A program made the translations under genes and the position numbers. A stretch of 64,000 bases of DNA from Myxococcota bacterium. Its GTDB lineage: Bacteria > Myxococcota_A > UBA796 > CAJQPC01. The notes below the pieces were generated by a model. The model was not told the origin of the DNA. It saw only the letters and a program-made list of their open reading frames with translations, and ran no database searches. The first letter of the stretch is position 1. Every line of letters starts with the position of its first letter. Below, piece by piece: positions 51,396 to 60,129 of the stretch. The stretch lies in the NCBI GenBank assembly GCA_036229005.1, contig JAZAMN010000047.1, forward strand, positions 21,339-85,338, in the 5' to 3' direction.

Positions 51396-54068
51396 CTACC
51401 AGCTCGCGTCGCCCACCAGCACCGGCGCGGCCCAGGTCCCCTTGGTGCTGAGGGTGTCGCGGGCCGAGCTGCTCCAGGAGTAGGTGGTGCTGCCAAAGTA
51501 GACGTAGGAGTTCTCTCCGACGCCGCTGTTGTCCCGGTAGTTGCCGAAGATGATCTCGGGGTAGCCGTCCGCGTCGATGTCGCCGATGGTGCCGTAGGCG
51601 GCGCCGGAGGTCGGGATGTCCTCGCGGCTGGAGTCGCTCAGGCCGGTGGACGAGCCCCACCACAGGTAGGAGTTGACGGTGAAGTCCGTGCTGCCGCTGC
51701 GGTAGCGGGCGGAGAGCAGGTCGTCGTAGCCGTCGCCGTCCACGTCGCTCACCACGGTGCCCCACTGTCCGCGGCCGCCCAGGGTGTCGGCCGAGCCGAA
51801 GCCCGCGCTGCTGTTCATGAACACGTACTGGTAGGTGTTCGAGCTCCAGCTCCCGTTGTAGTACCCCGAGAAGGCCAGGTCGGTGGTCCCGTCCCCGTCG
51901 AAGTCTCCGTCGGACACCGAGATGATGCCCCGCGTGGAGAAGGCCTCCCGGCTGCCGGTGCTGTAGTAGCCCGAGGTGGTCTGGTAGTAGACGTAGGAGT
52001 CGGTGCTGTAGTCGGAGCTGGTGCGCCGGTAGGCACCGAAGGCGATGTCGATCGAGCCGTCGCCGTCGTAGTCGCCGGTCTCCAGGCCGCGGCAGCCGTT
52101 GGTGGGCAGGCTGTTGCGGCTGGAGGTCGAGTAGCCGGAGGCGGAGCCCCAGTAGACGTAGCTGTTGACGGTGAAGTCCGTGCTGGAGCTGCGGTGGTTG
52201 CAGAAGATCAGGTCCGGGTAGCCGTCCGCGTCCAGGTCCTCGGCCTCCAGGCGGATGGCGCCCAGGGTCTCCAGGTCCGTGCGGTTGGAGCTGGAGAAGC
52301 CGGAGGCCGAGCCCCAGTAGACGTAGGAGTCGATGCTGTAGCTGCTGCCGTCGTAGTAGTTGGCGAACGCGACGTCCAGGTAGCCGTCCAGGTCCAGGTC
52401 CTCGATGACCGCGCGCCGGGCGCCCTGGGTGGGCAGGGTGGACACGTCCGAGTCGCTGTAGCCGCTGGAGGAGCCCCACCAGATCACGCTGTTGGTGGCG
52501 TAGTTCCCGTCGTAGTAGCTGGTCCCCAGCACGTCCTGGTAGCCGTCACCGTCCAGGTCCGCGACGTCCACGTCGTAGATGCCGTAGCCGTAGGACAGGG
52601 TGTCCCGGTCGGCGTCGGAGTAGCCGCCGCCGTCGTTGTAGTACAGGTAGACGTTGGTGTTGTAGCTGCTGCTGGTGCGGTAGTCGGCCAGCACCATGTC
52701 GGGCAGCGCGTCGCAGTCCAGGTCGTCACAGCCGTCGTTGCCGTCGCAGTTCTGGTCCACCCCGTCCCCCGGCGTCTCGGCCGTCGAGGTCCCAGGGTAG
52801 GCGGTGGCGTCGCCGTCCTCGCAGTCGGTGTTGTCGGAGACGTACCCGGAGCCCTCCTCGCAGGCGACGATGGAGCTGTCGGGGTCTCCGTAGCCGTCGC
52901 CGTCGCTGTCCGCGTAGAAGGTGCTCCCGTCGATGGGGGACTCGTCGACGGTGCTGTCGCAGTCGTTGTCCGCGTCGTCGCAGGTCTCGTCGGCGCCGGG
53001 GTAGGTGGCCGCCTCCGCGTCGTCACAGTCCGTGCTGTCGCTGACGTAGCCGCTGGGCTGGGTGCAGCTCTTGCTGGTGAAGCTGCCGGTGCCGTAGCCG
53101 TCGCTGTCGTAGTCCAGGTACCAGACCGTGTCGGGGTTCAGGCTGGCGTCGCTGTCGTCGCAGTCGCGGGCGTTGTCGGCGTAGCCGCTGGGCGCGCTGC
53201 AGGCGCTGGTGGTGCTCGCGCTGTCGCCGTACCCGTCGCCGTCCGTGTCCGCGTAGAAGGTGTCCTCGACGCCCTCGTCCACGCTGCCGTCGCAGTTGTT
53301 GTCCAGCTCATCGCAGACCTCGGCCGAGCCAGGGTTCGACAGGCTGCTGCTGTCATCACAGTCCTGGTCGTTGGAGACGTAGCCGCTGGGCTGGGCACAG
53401 TCCGTCAGGCTCACGCTCGCGTCCCCGTACAGGTCGCCGTCGCTGTCGGCGTACCAGACCTGATCCAGGCCCTCGTCCACGCTGCCATCGCAGTTGTCGT
53501 CCACGTCGTTGCAGACCTCGGTCGCGCCGGGGTGCACGCTCGATGCGCTGTCGTCGCAGTCGTCGGCCACCGCCGAGTAGCCCTCGGGCGGGTCGCAGTC
53601 CTCCAGGGGGGCGTCGGGGTCGCCGTGCAGGTCGCCGTCGCTGTCGGCGTACCAGGTGCTGGTGACCTCCTCGTCGATCTCCCCGTCGCAGTCCTGATCC
53701 ACGCCATCGCAGCGCTCGGGCGCGTCCGGGTGGATCGTGGAGTCGGTGTCGTCGCAGTCCAGGTCGTTCTGGGCTCCGTTGTCGGGCTGCTCGCAGGCCT
53801 CCACGGTCATGCCGCCGCCAAAACCGTCGCCGTCGCTGTCCACGTAGAAGGTGCTGAGCACGCCCTCGTCGATCTGCGCGTTGCAGTCGTTGTCGACCCC
53901 GTCGCAGATCTCGGTGGCGCCGGGGTGGATGGAGGCGTCGCTGTCGTCGCAGTCCTCGCCGGCGTTGAAGCCGTCTCCGTCTTCGTCCACCACCAGAGCG
54001 GCGGTGTCGAGGGTCTCTTTGTCGCCGCTGCGGCAGGCGCTGAGGGCAAGGAACAACACGAGGGACAT
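51396..54068 (-). CDS. large lipoprotein with many MopE-related repeats and C-terminal FG-GAP/VCBS propeller
   Basis: LSAC lipobox; repeated DCDD..ASIHPGA.E.CD..DNDC and YADSDGDG; DLDGDGY.D...YVYWGS repeats. Confidence 0.9.
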   Translation of the reverse strand: MSLVLFLALSACRSGDKETLDTAALVVDEDGDGFNAGEDCDDSDASIHPGATEICDGVDNDCNAQIDEGVLSTFYVDSDGDGFGGGMTVEACEQPDNGAQNDLDCDDTDSTIHPDAPERCDGVDQDCDGEIDEEVTSTWYADSDGDLHGDPDAPLEDCDPPEGYSAVADDCDDSASSVHPGATEVCNDVDDNCDGSVDEGLDQVWYADSDGDLYGDASVSLTDCAQPSGYVSNDQDCDDSSSLSNPGSAEVCDELDNNCDGSVDEGVEDTFYADTDGDGYGDSASTTSACSAPSGYADNARDCDDSDASLNPDTVWYLDYDSDGYGTGSFTSKSCTQPSGYVSDSTDCDDAEAATYPGADETCDDADNDCDSTVDESPIDGSTFYADSDGDGYGDPDSSIVACEEGSGYVSDNTDCEDGDATAYPGTSTAETPGDGVDQNCDGNDGCDDLDCDALPDMVLADYRTSSSYNTNVYLYYNDGGGYSDADRDTLSYGYGIYDVDVADLDGDGYQDVLGTSYYDGNYATNSVIWWGSSSGYSDSDVSTLPTQGARRAVIEDLDLDGYLDVAFANYYDGSSYSIDSYVYWGSASGFSSSNRTDLETLGAIRLEAEDLDADGYPDLIFCNHRSSSTDFTVNSYVYWGSASGYSTSSRNSLPTNGCRGLETGDYDGDGSIDIAFGAYRRTSSDYSTDSYVYYQTTSGYYSTGSREAFSTRGIISVSDGDFDGDGTTDLAFSGYYNGSWSSNTYQYVFMNSSAGFGSADTLGGRGQWGTVVSDVDGDGYDDLLSARYRSGSTDFTVNSYLWWGSSTGLSDSSREDIPTSGAAYGTIGDIDADGYPEIIFGNYRDNSGVGENSYVYFGSTTYSWSSSARDTLSTKGTWAAPVLVGDASW

Positions 54069-54135
54069 GGCAAGGCTCCGGAGGCTTTTGAGCGAGTCTA
54101 CCCAAAGCCCGGCGCGCGCCGAACCTCAGGAGCCC

Positions 54136-55083
54136 TCAGAAGCCCTCGGGGCGGTCGAAGGCCAGCAGCAATGCGGCCTGCTCTCCGGTCTCGGCCAGGG
54201 GGTGGGCCCCGGAGTCCAGCAGCACCCAGATCCGCGCCTCGTCTACAAAGAGACCCTCTGCCAGGCCGTAGGGCTCGCTGTAGTCGTAGAGGGCCGCCTC
54301 CTCGAAGTCCAAGGCCACGCGCTGCTCCAGCGCGCCGGTCTCCGGGTCCAGGCGCAGCACCGAGTGGCTGTGGCGCTCCAGGGCGTAGAGCCGCCCATCC
54401 ACCGCGAACAGGTCCGAGTAGCTGGGCCAGAACGCGCCGCGGATGCCGGCCTTGCCGGGGGCGTCCTGGGCCGCGATGTCCTCGCCGAGCAGGGATTGCA
54501 CAGAGCCGTCGGGGGCCACCTGGTAGATGAGGCGGGGCTCGCGCTCCTTGGCCACCCAGATCCGCTCCCCCGCGCAGGCCACCCCCTCCAGGCCCGCGTT
54601 GCCCCAGCCGCAGCGAGGTCCCAGGGCCGGCTGGGTGTCCGCGCTCACCGCGTCCAGGTCCAGGCGGAGCTGCTGGGCGCCCTGAGCATCCACGCGCAAC
54701 AGGGAGTTCTGCGCTTCGGAGACGAGCAGGAGGCTGGATCCACAGACCGCCACGCCCTCAAGGTCAAAGCGCCCGGCCGCACCACCACAGGCTTGCACTC
54801 TGCCCGCCGGCGAGGTCCCCCCGGTGGGATCCGGCAGCTCCAGCGCCATGGCCTCGGCCCGCAGATCAGCGCCCTCTGGGACCAGGCGGTAGACGCCGTC
54901 CACCTTGTCGGAGACGGTGATCCACTGTCCCTGCCAGCGCGCCAGGCCGCTGGGATCCAGGCGCACACCCTCCGGCGGCAGCACCTTGAGGGTCTGGACC
55001 ACCGGCAGGGCGGGGGCGCTCTGGGGACCGGTGGCAGTGGGCGGACGCACGCAGGAGAGCAGCAGCGCCCAGGCCAGCCTCAA
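54136..55083 (-). CDS. beta-propeller lipoprotein (SdiA-regulated/phytase-like esterase family)
   Basis: LLLSC; PSGL, VSDK, DLEGVA, NAGLEGVA, VAKEREP, AEGL. Confidence 0.75.
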   Translation of the reverse strand: MRLAWALLLSCVRPPTATGPQSAPALPVVQTLKVLPPEGVRLDPSGLARWQGQWITVSDKVDGVYRLVPEGADLRAEAMALELPDPTGGTSPAGRVQACGGAAGRFDLEGVAVCGSSLLLVSEAQNSLLRVDAQGAQQLRLDLDAVSADTQPALGPRCGWGNAGLEGVACAGERIWVAKEREPRLIYQVAPDGSVQSLLGEDIAAQDAPGKAGIRGAFWPSYSDLFAVDGRLYALERHSHSVLRLDPETGALEQRVALDFEEAALYDYSEPYGLAEGLFVDEARIWVLLDSGAHPLAETGEQAALLLAFDRPEGF

Positions 55084-55745
55084 GAGGGCTCCAGCACGAA
55101 GGTGAAGCTGGCGTCCAGGCTGCCGTCCGCGGCGGTGCTGGGGTTGAGCATCAGCTCGGTGGGGAGCTGGCCGTCGTCGTCGGGGTCGTTCAGGAAGCGG
55201 AGCTGGGTGGTCAGCGCCTCGTGGCCGTCCGCGGTCACCTTCATGTGGAAGTGCGCGGGCATCAGCTTGCCCGTGTCCGTGTAGTAGGAGATGGGCTTGA
55301 GGGTGGTGACCTCGACGCGCCCGTCGTAGCCGGTGCGCAGGCGACAGCGGTAGTGCATGTCTTCGGTCTCCAGGTCGTAGACGCCCGTCTGCATCACGTG
55401 CCAGAAGTCCACGATGGCGTCGGGCAGCAGCCGACAGTCCCGGGCGGAGCGCACCTCCATCTGCAGGCGCAGCACGGTCCCGGTCTCCCCGGCGGTGCGC
55501 AGGTCGGCGCGCACGGGGGCGTCGTCCCGATAGTAGGGGCCCTCGGCGAACGCGGGGGTGTCCGAGCAGCTCCCCGGGGTCTCCAGGGCCGTGTCCCCCC
55601 AGCCGCCGGTGTCCAGGGGAGGGGGCTCGCGGAGTCCCAACAAGCTGGGCTCACCGCGTCCACCGGGGGCGCACCCCGACAGGGCCGCAGCACCCAGGGA
55701 TGCAAGCGAGGCATGGATCAGCGTGCGGCGGGAGGTGTCGCTCAT
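55080..55745 (-). CDS. Tat-exported lipoprotein, intradiol ring-cleavage dioxygenase family
   Basis: SRRTLI..LSGC; EGPYY, VDFWH, GVY, T.KP..Y, PAHFHMKV, LTTQL. Confidence 0.85.
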   Translation of the reverse strand: MSDTSRRTLIHASLASLGAAALSGCAPGGRGEPSLLGLREPPPLDTGGWGDTALETPGSCSDTPAFAEGPYYRDDAPVRADLRTAGETGTVLRLQMEVRSARDCRLLPDAIVDFWHVMQTGVYDLETEDMHYRCRLRTGYDGRVEVTTLKPISYYTDTGKLMPAHFHMKVTADGHEALTTQLRFLNDPDDDGQLPTELMLNPSTAADGSLDASFTFVLEPS

Positions 55746-57178
55746 TGGCAGCCCGAGTCATCGCAGGAGAAGGTCACGTCATCGCCCCAGCGGCGGTCGA
55801 CGCTGTCGGAGAGGATCTCCAGGTCCTGCGGGTTGTTGTCCGAGCCCAGTGTGCCCCAGTCACAGCTCCTGGACTCCAGGGTCGCCCCTTGGTCCAGCCA
55901 GACGCCGCCGCCGTCGCTGGCCGAGTTGTCCCAGAGCCCCGCGGCGAGGCTGGGGTCCCCGGTGCAGACGACCTGGCCCTGCTCCACGATCAGCGCGCCG
56001 CCCTTCTCGTCGGCGAAGTTGTCGTAGAGCTGGCTGTCCAGCAGCTCCAGGCTGCTGTCCGCGCCGAGCACCGCGCCGGCCCCGCCATAGGGCGCCTGGT
56101 TGCTCTCGATCTGGGAGGCGTCCTGCACCAAGGCGCTGCCTTCGGTCACGGCCAGGGCGCCGCCGTAGTGGCCCGCCAGGTTGTCGTGCAGGAGCACCGC
56201 GCTCGCGCTCAGCGCGCAGCCTCCGGCGACCCAGATGGCGCCGCCCACATCGGCCGTGGAGTCGCGGATCTCGACGCGCTCCAGGCTCAGCCCGCTCTCC
56301 CCGCTGCACTCGACCGCGCCGCCCGCCGAGTACTCCGCGGCGACCACCCCAACAGCGCTCCCGTTGCGCAGCTCGACGTCCGCGGCCACCACGCTCAGGC
56401 CGTCCTGGCGCAGGACCAGCAGAGGGCTGTCGTTGTTCCCGTGGAGCTGGACCCCCTCGCCGACGCCCTGGAGGGTGAAGTCCGCGCGCACGCGGAAGGT
56501 GGTGAACCAGATCCCCGGACACAGCGCCAGGGTCCCGGGCTCGTCGACCACCAGGTTCTGCACCGGCGCGCTGCGGGCCATGGTGCCGCTCCAGTCCTGC
56601 AGCGGCCCGCCGTCCTGGGGCTGGAAGGTGGCCAGCCCGCTCTCGGGGGTGCCGGCGTCGCAGTCGTTGTCGACGCCGTCGCAGATCTCGGTGGCGTCGG
56701 GGTGGATGCTCGCGTCGCCGTCGTCGCAGTCCGTGTCGGAGAAGCTGTAGCCCTCGGGAGGGGGCTCGCAGGTCTCACTCAGCGTGGCCTCGCCGGCGCC
56801 AAAGCCGTCCCCGTCCAGGTCTGCGTACCAAGAGGCCCCGTCGGTGGGGGACTCGTCGATGAGGGCATCACAGTCCTCGTCGATCCCGTCGCAGATCTCG
56901 TCGGCCCCGGGGAATACGCTGGCCTGGGTGTCATCGCAGTCGCTGTCGTCCTGGACGTGGTCGCTGGGCTGCGCGCAGCTCAGGTGGGGCGCCGCGGGGT
57001 CTCCGAAGCCGTCGCCGTCCAGGTCCGCGTGCCAGGTCTGGGTGGGGGCGTCTTCGTCGATGCGGCCGTCACCGTCGTCGTCCAGGCCGTCGCAGATGTC
57101 GGAGATGGGCGCGGTGCCGGTGTCGCTGTCCACGGTGGGAGGGGATTTGCAGGCGGCGAGCAGCCAGATCAGGGGCAC
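55742..57178 (-). CDS. lipoprotein with MopE-related repeats and GGA(I/L/V) beta-helix repeats
   Basis: LLAAC; DCDD repeats; N.A...GGAL/GGAI/GGGV repeats as in Pmp-like adhesins. Confidence 0.82.
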   Translation of the reverse strand: MPLIWLLAACKSPPTVDSDTGTAPISDICDGLDDDGDGRIDEDAPTQTWHADLDGDGFGDPAAPHLSCAQPSDHVQDDSDCDDTQASVFPGADEICDGIDEDCDALIDESPTDGASWYADLDGDGFGAGEATLSETCEPPPEGYSFSDTDCDDGDASIHPDATEICDGVDNDCDAGTPESGLATFQPQDGGPLQDWSGTMARSAPVQNLVVDEPGTLALCPGIWFTTFRVRADFTLQGVGEGVQLHGNNDSPLLVLRQDGLSVVAADVELRNGSAVGVVAAEYSAGGAVECSGESGLSLERVEIRDSTADVGGAIWVAGGCALSASAVLLHDNLAGHYGGALAVTEGSALVQDASQIESNQAPYGGAGAVLGADSSLELLDSQLYDNFADEKGGALIVEQGQVVCTGDPSLAAGLWDNSASDGGGVWLDQGATLESRSCDWGTLGSDNNPQDLEILSDSVDRRWGDDVTFSCDDSGCQ

Positions 57179-57235
57179 AGGGAGCCTTTGGTGGGGGCTC
57201 AAGCTGCCCCGGTCCAAGCGGGCTTGTCAACGAAC

Positions 57236-57934
57236 TCAGCCCCAGCAGTCGGCCTGGATCCGGTCGTGGTAGGCCCGCAGGGTGAGGTGGGGGTCCAGCA
57301 GGGTTGCGCCCGCGCACTCCGGGGGCTGGACGAGGAGCTGGGCCAGGGTGCTGAACACGCTCGCGTCCACCTCATTGGGCCCGGGGACAAAGCGCGCCTG
57401 GTCACCCAGCAGGCCGGCCAAGGCGAGGAGATCCGCCCGCGCACGGGCCAGGATCAGCGACTCCGGCATGCGGCTGATGCCCTGGGCCTTGGCCAGACCG
57501 CGCACCTGGCGGCGGACCATCGTGGCGACCACGGGGCGCACCCAGGCGGGCATGTGGGTGAAGTAGTCCGCCTTGACCACCGCGAATCCGGCGTCTGTGC
57601 ACCAGCGCTCCCAGATCAGGGTCCAGTAGAGGCTGTCCTCGACCAGGCGGAGGGCGGCGTGGGCGCTGGGGTGTTGGGCGGGATCCACCGGGCCGGGCAC
57701 GCCGTGGGAGCGGGCCAGGTGCTCGATGATGACGTGGCTGTCCTCCAGCAGGGTGCCGTCAGGCAGGCGCACGTAGGGGACCTTCCCGCTGGGGGAGCCG
57801 GGCGGTCCGCTGGGGATCTCGTAGCGGTAGGGGATCTGCGCCTCGCGCAGCCAGGTGCACAGCTTGAGCACGTAGGGGCTGGCGCTGCAGAGGGGGGCGG
57901 GGCCGGGGAGGCCGTAGACCACGAGCTCGGACAT
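57236..57934 (-). CDS. glutathione S-transferase-like protein (FAX/metaxin-like)
   Basis: SASPYVLKL.TWLR, SPSGKVPYV, EDS..IIEHL, L.D..F...P..VDA. Confidence 0.88.
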   Translation of the reverse strand: MSELVVYGLPGPAPLCSASPYVLKLCTWLREAQIPYRYEIPSGPPGSPSGKVPYVRLPDGTLLEDSHVIIEHLARSHGVPGPVDPAQHPSAHAALRLVEDSLYWTLIWERWCTDAGFAVVKADYFTHMPAWVRPVVATMVRRQVRGLAKAQGISRMPESLILARARADLLALAGLLGDQARFVPGPNEVDASVFSTLAQLLVQPPECAGATLLDPHLTLRAYHDRIQADCWG

Positions 57935-57943
57935 CCGGGGCTC

Positions 57944-58840
57944 CTACATCAACACGCCCTTGCCGTCCGCCAGCACGGGCGGGGGCAGGGGCAGGCCGAG
58001 GCGCTCGCGCAGGTTGCGCTCGATCTTGATGGAGAGGTTGTGCAGTGGGAGGCCGTTGTAGAAGAGCGAGAAGGGGTCTTCGAGCACCCGGCCGGCCTCG
58101 GAGATCAGGGCGAAGGAGAGGCAGACCAGCACGTTGAGGGGAATGGCGACCCAGTGCAGGTCGTGGACCAGGGAGAAGGGCAGCAGCACGGAGAAGAGGC
58201 GGATGAGCGCCTCCAGGATGAAGCCGTAGCCGCGGGGGAGGGGGGTGCCCTTGATGCGCTCGCAGCCGCCCTGGATGTTGAGCAGGTCCATCAGGGTGCG
58301 GTCCAGGGACTCCAGGCGGTGCCCGTCCGGGCGGCCCTGGTCGCTCAAGGCGGTGAGCTCGGCGAGCTGCGCGTCCAGCAGGGCGTGGGTGAGGTTGGTG
58401 CTGCCCTGGGGCGGGTCCAGGTCCTTGGCGCTGCGCACAAAGTCGGGGTCCAGGAAGGGGTCCTGGTTGCGGAGCAGGCAGCGCAGGGTGTGCACGTAGA
58501 GCACGTGGCGCAGGGTGAGGCGCTCGGCCAGGTCGGCGTCCTTGGGGCCCACGTAGTGGCGTGCCTGGTCACAGAAGTGGCGGGAGCTGTTGATCAGGCG
58601 GCCCCAGAGCTTGCGGCCCTCCCACCAGCGGTCGTAGGCCTGATTTGCCCGGAAGGAGGCGAAGATTCCGATGGCGGCGCCCATGATGGAGATGGGGGTG
58701 ACCGGGATCTCCATGAAGTGCTGGCCCATGGGCTCGATGAGCACCCAGGCCGCCAGGCCGGTGGCGCCGTAGACCGCTGCGTTCTTGACCTGCCAGTGCA
58801 GCAGGGCCAGGGAGTTGGACTTGAAGGCCTCGGTGATCAT
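57944..58840 (-). CDS. bestrophin family ion channel
   Basis: FRANQAYDRWWEGRKLWG.LIN.SR, GGCERIKGTPLP, LEDPF. Confidence 0.93.
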   Translation of the reverse strand: MITEAFKSNSLALLHWQVKNAAVYGATGLAAWVLIEPMGQHFMEIPVTPISIMGAAIGIFASFRANQAYDRWWEGRKLWGRLINSSRHFCDQARHYVGPKDADLAERLTLRHVLYVHTLRCLLRNQDPFLDPDFVRSAKDLDPPQGSTNLTHALLDAQLAELTALSDQGRPDGHRLESLDRTLMDLLNIQGGCERIKGTPLPRGYGFILEALIRLFSVLLPFSLVHDLHWVAIPLNVLVCLSFALISEAGRVLEDPFSLFYNGLPLHNLSIKIERNLRERLGLPLPPPVLADGKGVLM

Positions 58841-58888
58841 TTTGCGGGGGTCCTCTGGTGGGGGCCCCGCAAGGTAGCCGCCAGACCT

Positions 58889-60085
58889 TCAGTCCTCCAG
58901 AAGGGCTTCCAGGTACGCGTCCAGGAGCTCCAGGCGCTGGCCCTGGGCGCTGTAACGGGAGCGCCCCGCCGCGACGGACTCCAGCGCGTAGTCCAGCCGG
59001 CTGAGGGTCTGGGTGGCGGCCTTTCGGGTGCTGATGTCGATGCTGCCGGTGTCGACGCCCAAGGCGCTGGCGGTCAGATCGGGCAGGCTGATGGTGACCC
59101 GGTCGTTTGCGCTGTTGTTTAGCCCGGTCTGGACCTCGAGCTGCGTGGTGGTGCCGTCCCCGATGCGGATGCCCTGGTAGTCCAGGGTGGAGCTGACCTT
59201 GTCGATGGCGTGGGAGGCGTCGGCCATCGCCTGGTTCAGCACGGCGCGCTCGTCGGCGCTGTGGCCCGCCTCCGCGGACTCCTCGGCCAGGGCGCGGATC
59301 AGGTCCATCAGCGCCTCGATCTGGGTGGCGCCGGCGTCCATGAGGTCGATGAGCTCCAGGCCGTCGTGGATGTTCTCCCGGACCTGGGCCACCTGGGCGT
59401 CCTCGGCGGCCTCCCGGTAGCGGAAGTCGCCGCCGGTGTCCCAGTCGGCGCCGGTGTCCTGGGGCTCGTCCAGGGCCTCCAGCAGGTCGGCCTCGATGCT
59501 CTCCAGCACGCGGCGTTTGGCGGCGTAGTTGGCCCGGCAGTGGGCGACGCTGTCCAGGGCGGTGTCGATGGTGTCCAGGCCGGTCCGAGCGAACGCAGTG
59601 GCGCTGATGCTCAGGCTCCCGGTGTCCACGCCGATGGTGGATGCGGTGAGATCGCAGAGGTTGAGCACGACCGGAGGGCTGGCGGTGTCGTCCACGAACT
59701 GGAACTCCAGCAGGGTGGTGCTGCCGTCGGTGAGCACCGTGCCGTCCACCGCGGTGGTCGTGGCGATGCGGTCGACCTCGAAGGAGTAGGCCTGCAGGTT
59801 GTCGTCGAGCTGGTCCCGCACCGAGTCGTCCATGGTCTCGCTGGCCGCCTCCAGGGCGAGCACGCGCATGCGCTCCACCAGGGTCTGGATGCGCTCGGCG
59901 GCGGTGGCGGCCGTGTCCAGGGTGTCCAGGGCCTCCTGCACCTGGTCGAGCTCCGCGCTCAGGGCCGTGGTGTCCTCGCTGGTGGAGGAGGACTCCTTGG
60001 AGGGCAAGGCCTCCAGGGGCGTGGCCTGGAGGCCGCCTTCGGGAGTGCAGCCCAAGAGGATGGGGATGGTGACTCGGAGCGCCAT
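58889..60085 (-). CDS. flagellin-derived lipoprotein with two tandem D1-like cores
   Basis: MALRVTIPILLGC; ERMRVLALEAASET, EVDRIA..T..DG, LDTIDTALDSV..RANY; second copy N..DGL, VQTG.NN..NDR, RSRYSA...RLE. Confidence 0.85.
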   Translation of the reverse strand: MALRVTIPILLGCTPEGGLQATPLEALPSKESSSTSEDTTALSAELDQVQEALDTLDTAATAAERIQTLVERMRVLALEAASETMDDSVRDQLDDNLQAYSFEVDRIATTTAVDGTVLTDGSTTLLEFQFVDDTASPPVVLNLCDLTASTIGVDTGSLSISATAFARTGLDTIDTALDSVAHCRANYAAKRRVLESIEADLLEALDEPQDTGADWDTGGDFRYREAAEDAQVAQVRENIHDGLELIDLMDAGATQIEALMDLIRALAEESAEAGHSADERAVLNQAMADASHAIDKVSSTLDYQGIRIGDGTTTQLEVQTGLNNSANDRVTISLPDLTASALGVDTGSIDISTRKAATQTLSRLDYALESVAAGRSRYSAQGQRLELLDAYLEALLED

Positions 60086-60129
60086 GGGGCCCCTCCTGCT
60101 CAGAGAAGAGCGGTGCTAGGGTTTGGGGC

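Noticed and set aside
55700..59122. 1140-aa plus-strand ORF and other long antisense ORFs (14080-16302, 22299-23885, 52194-54530, 60220-62688)
   Set aside because: Shadow frames of real high-GC genes on the opposite strand, with no recognisable motifs
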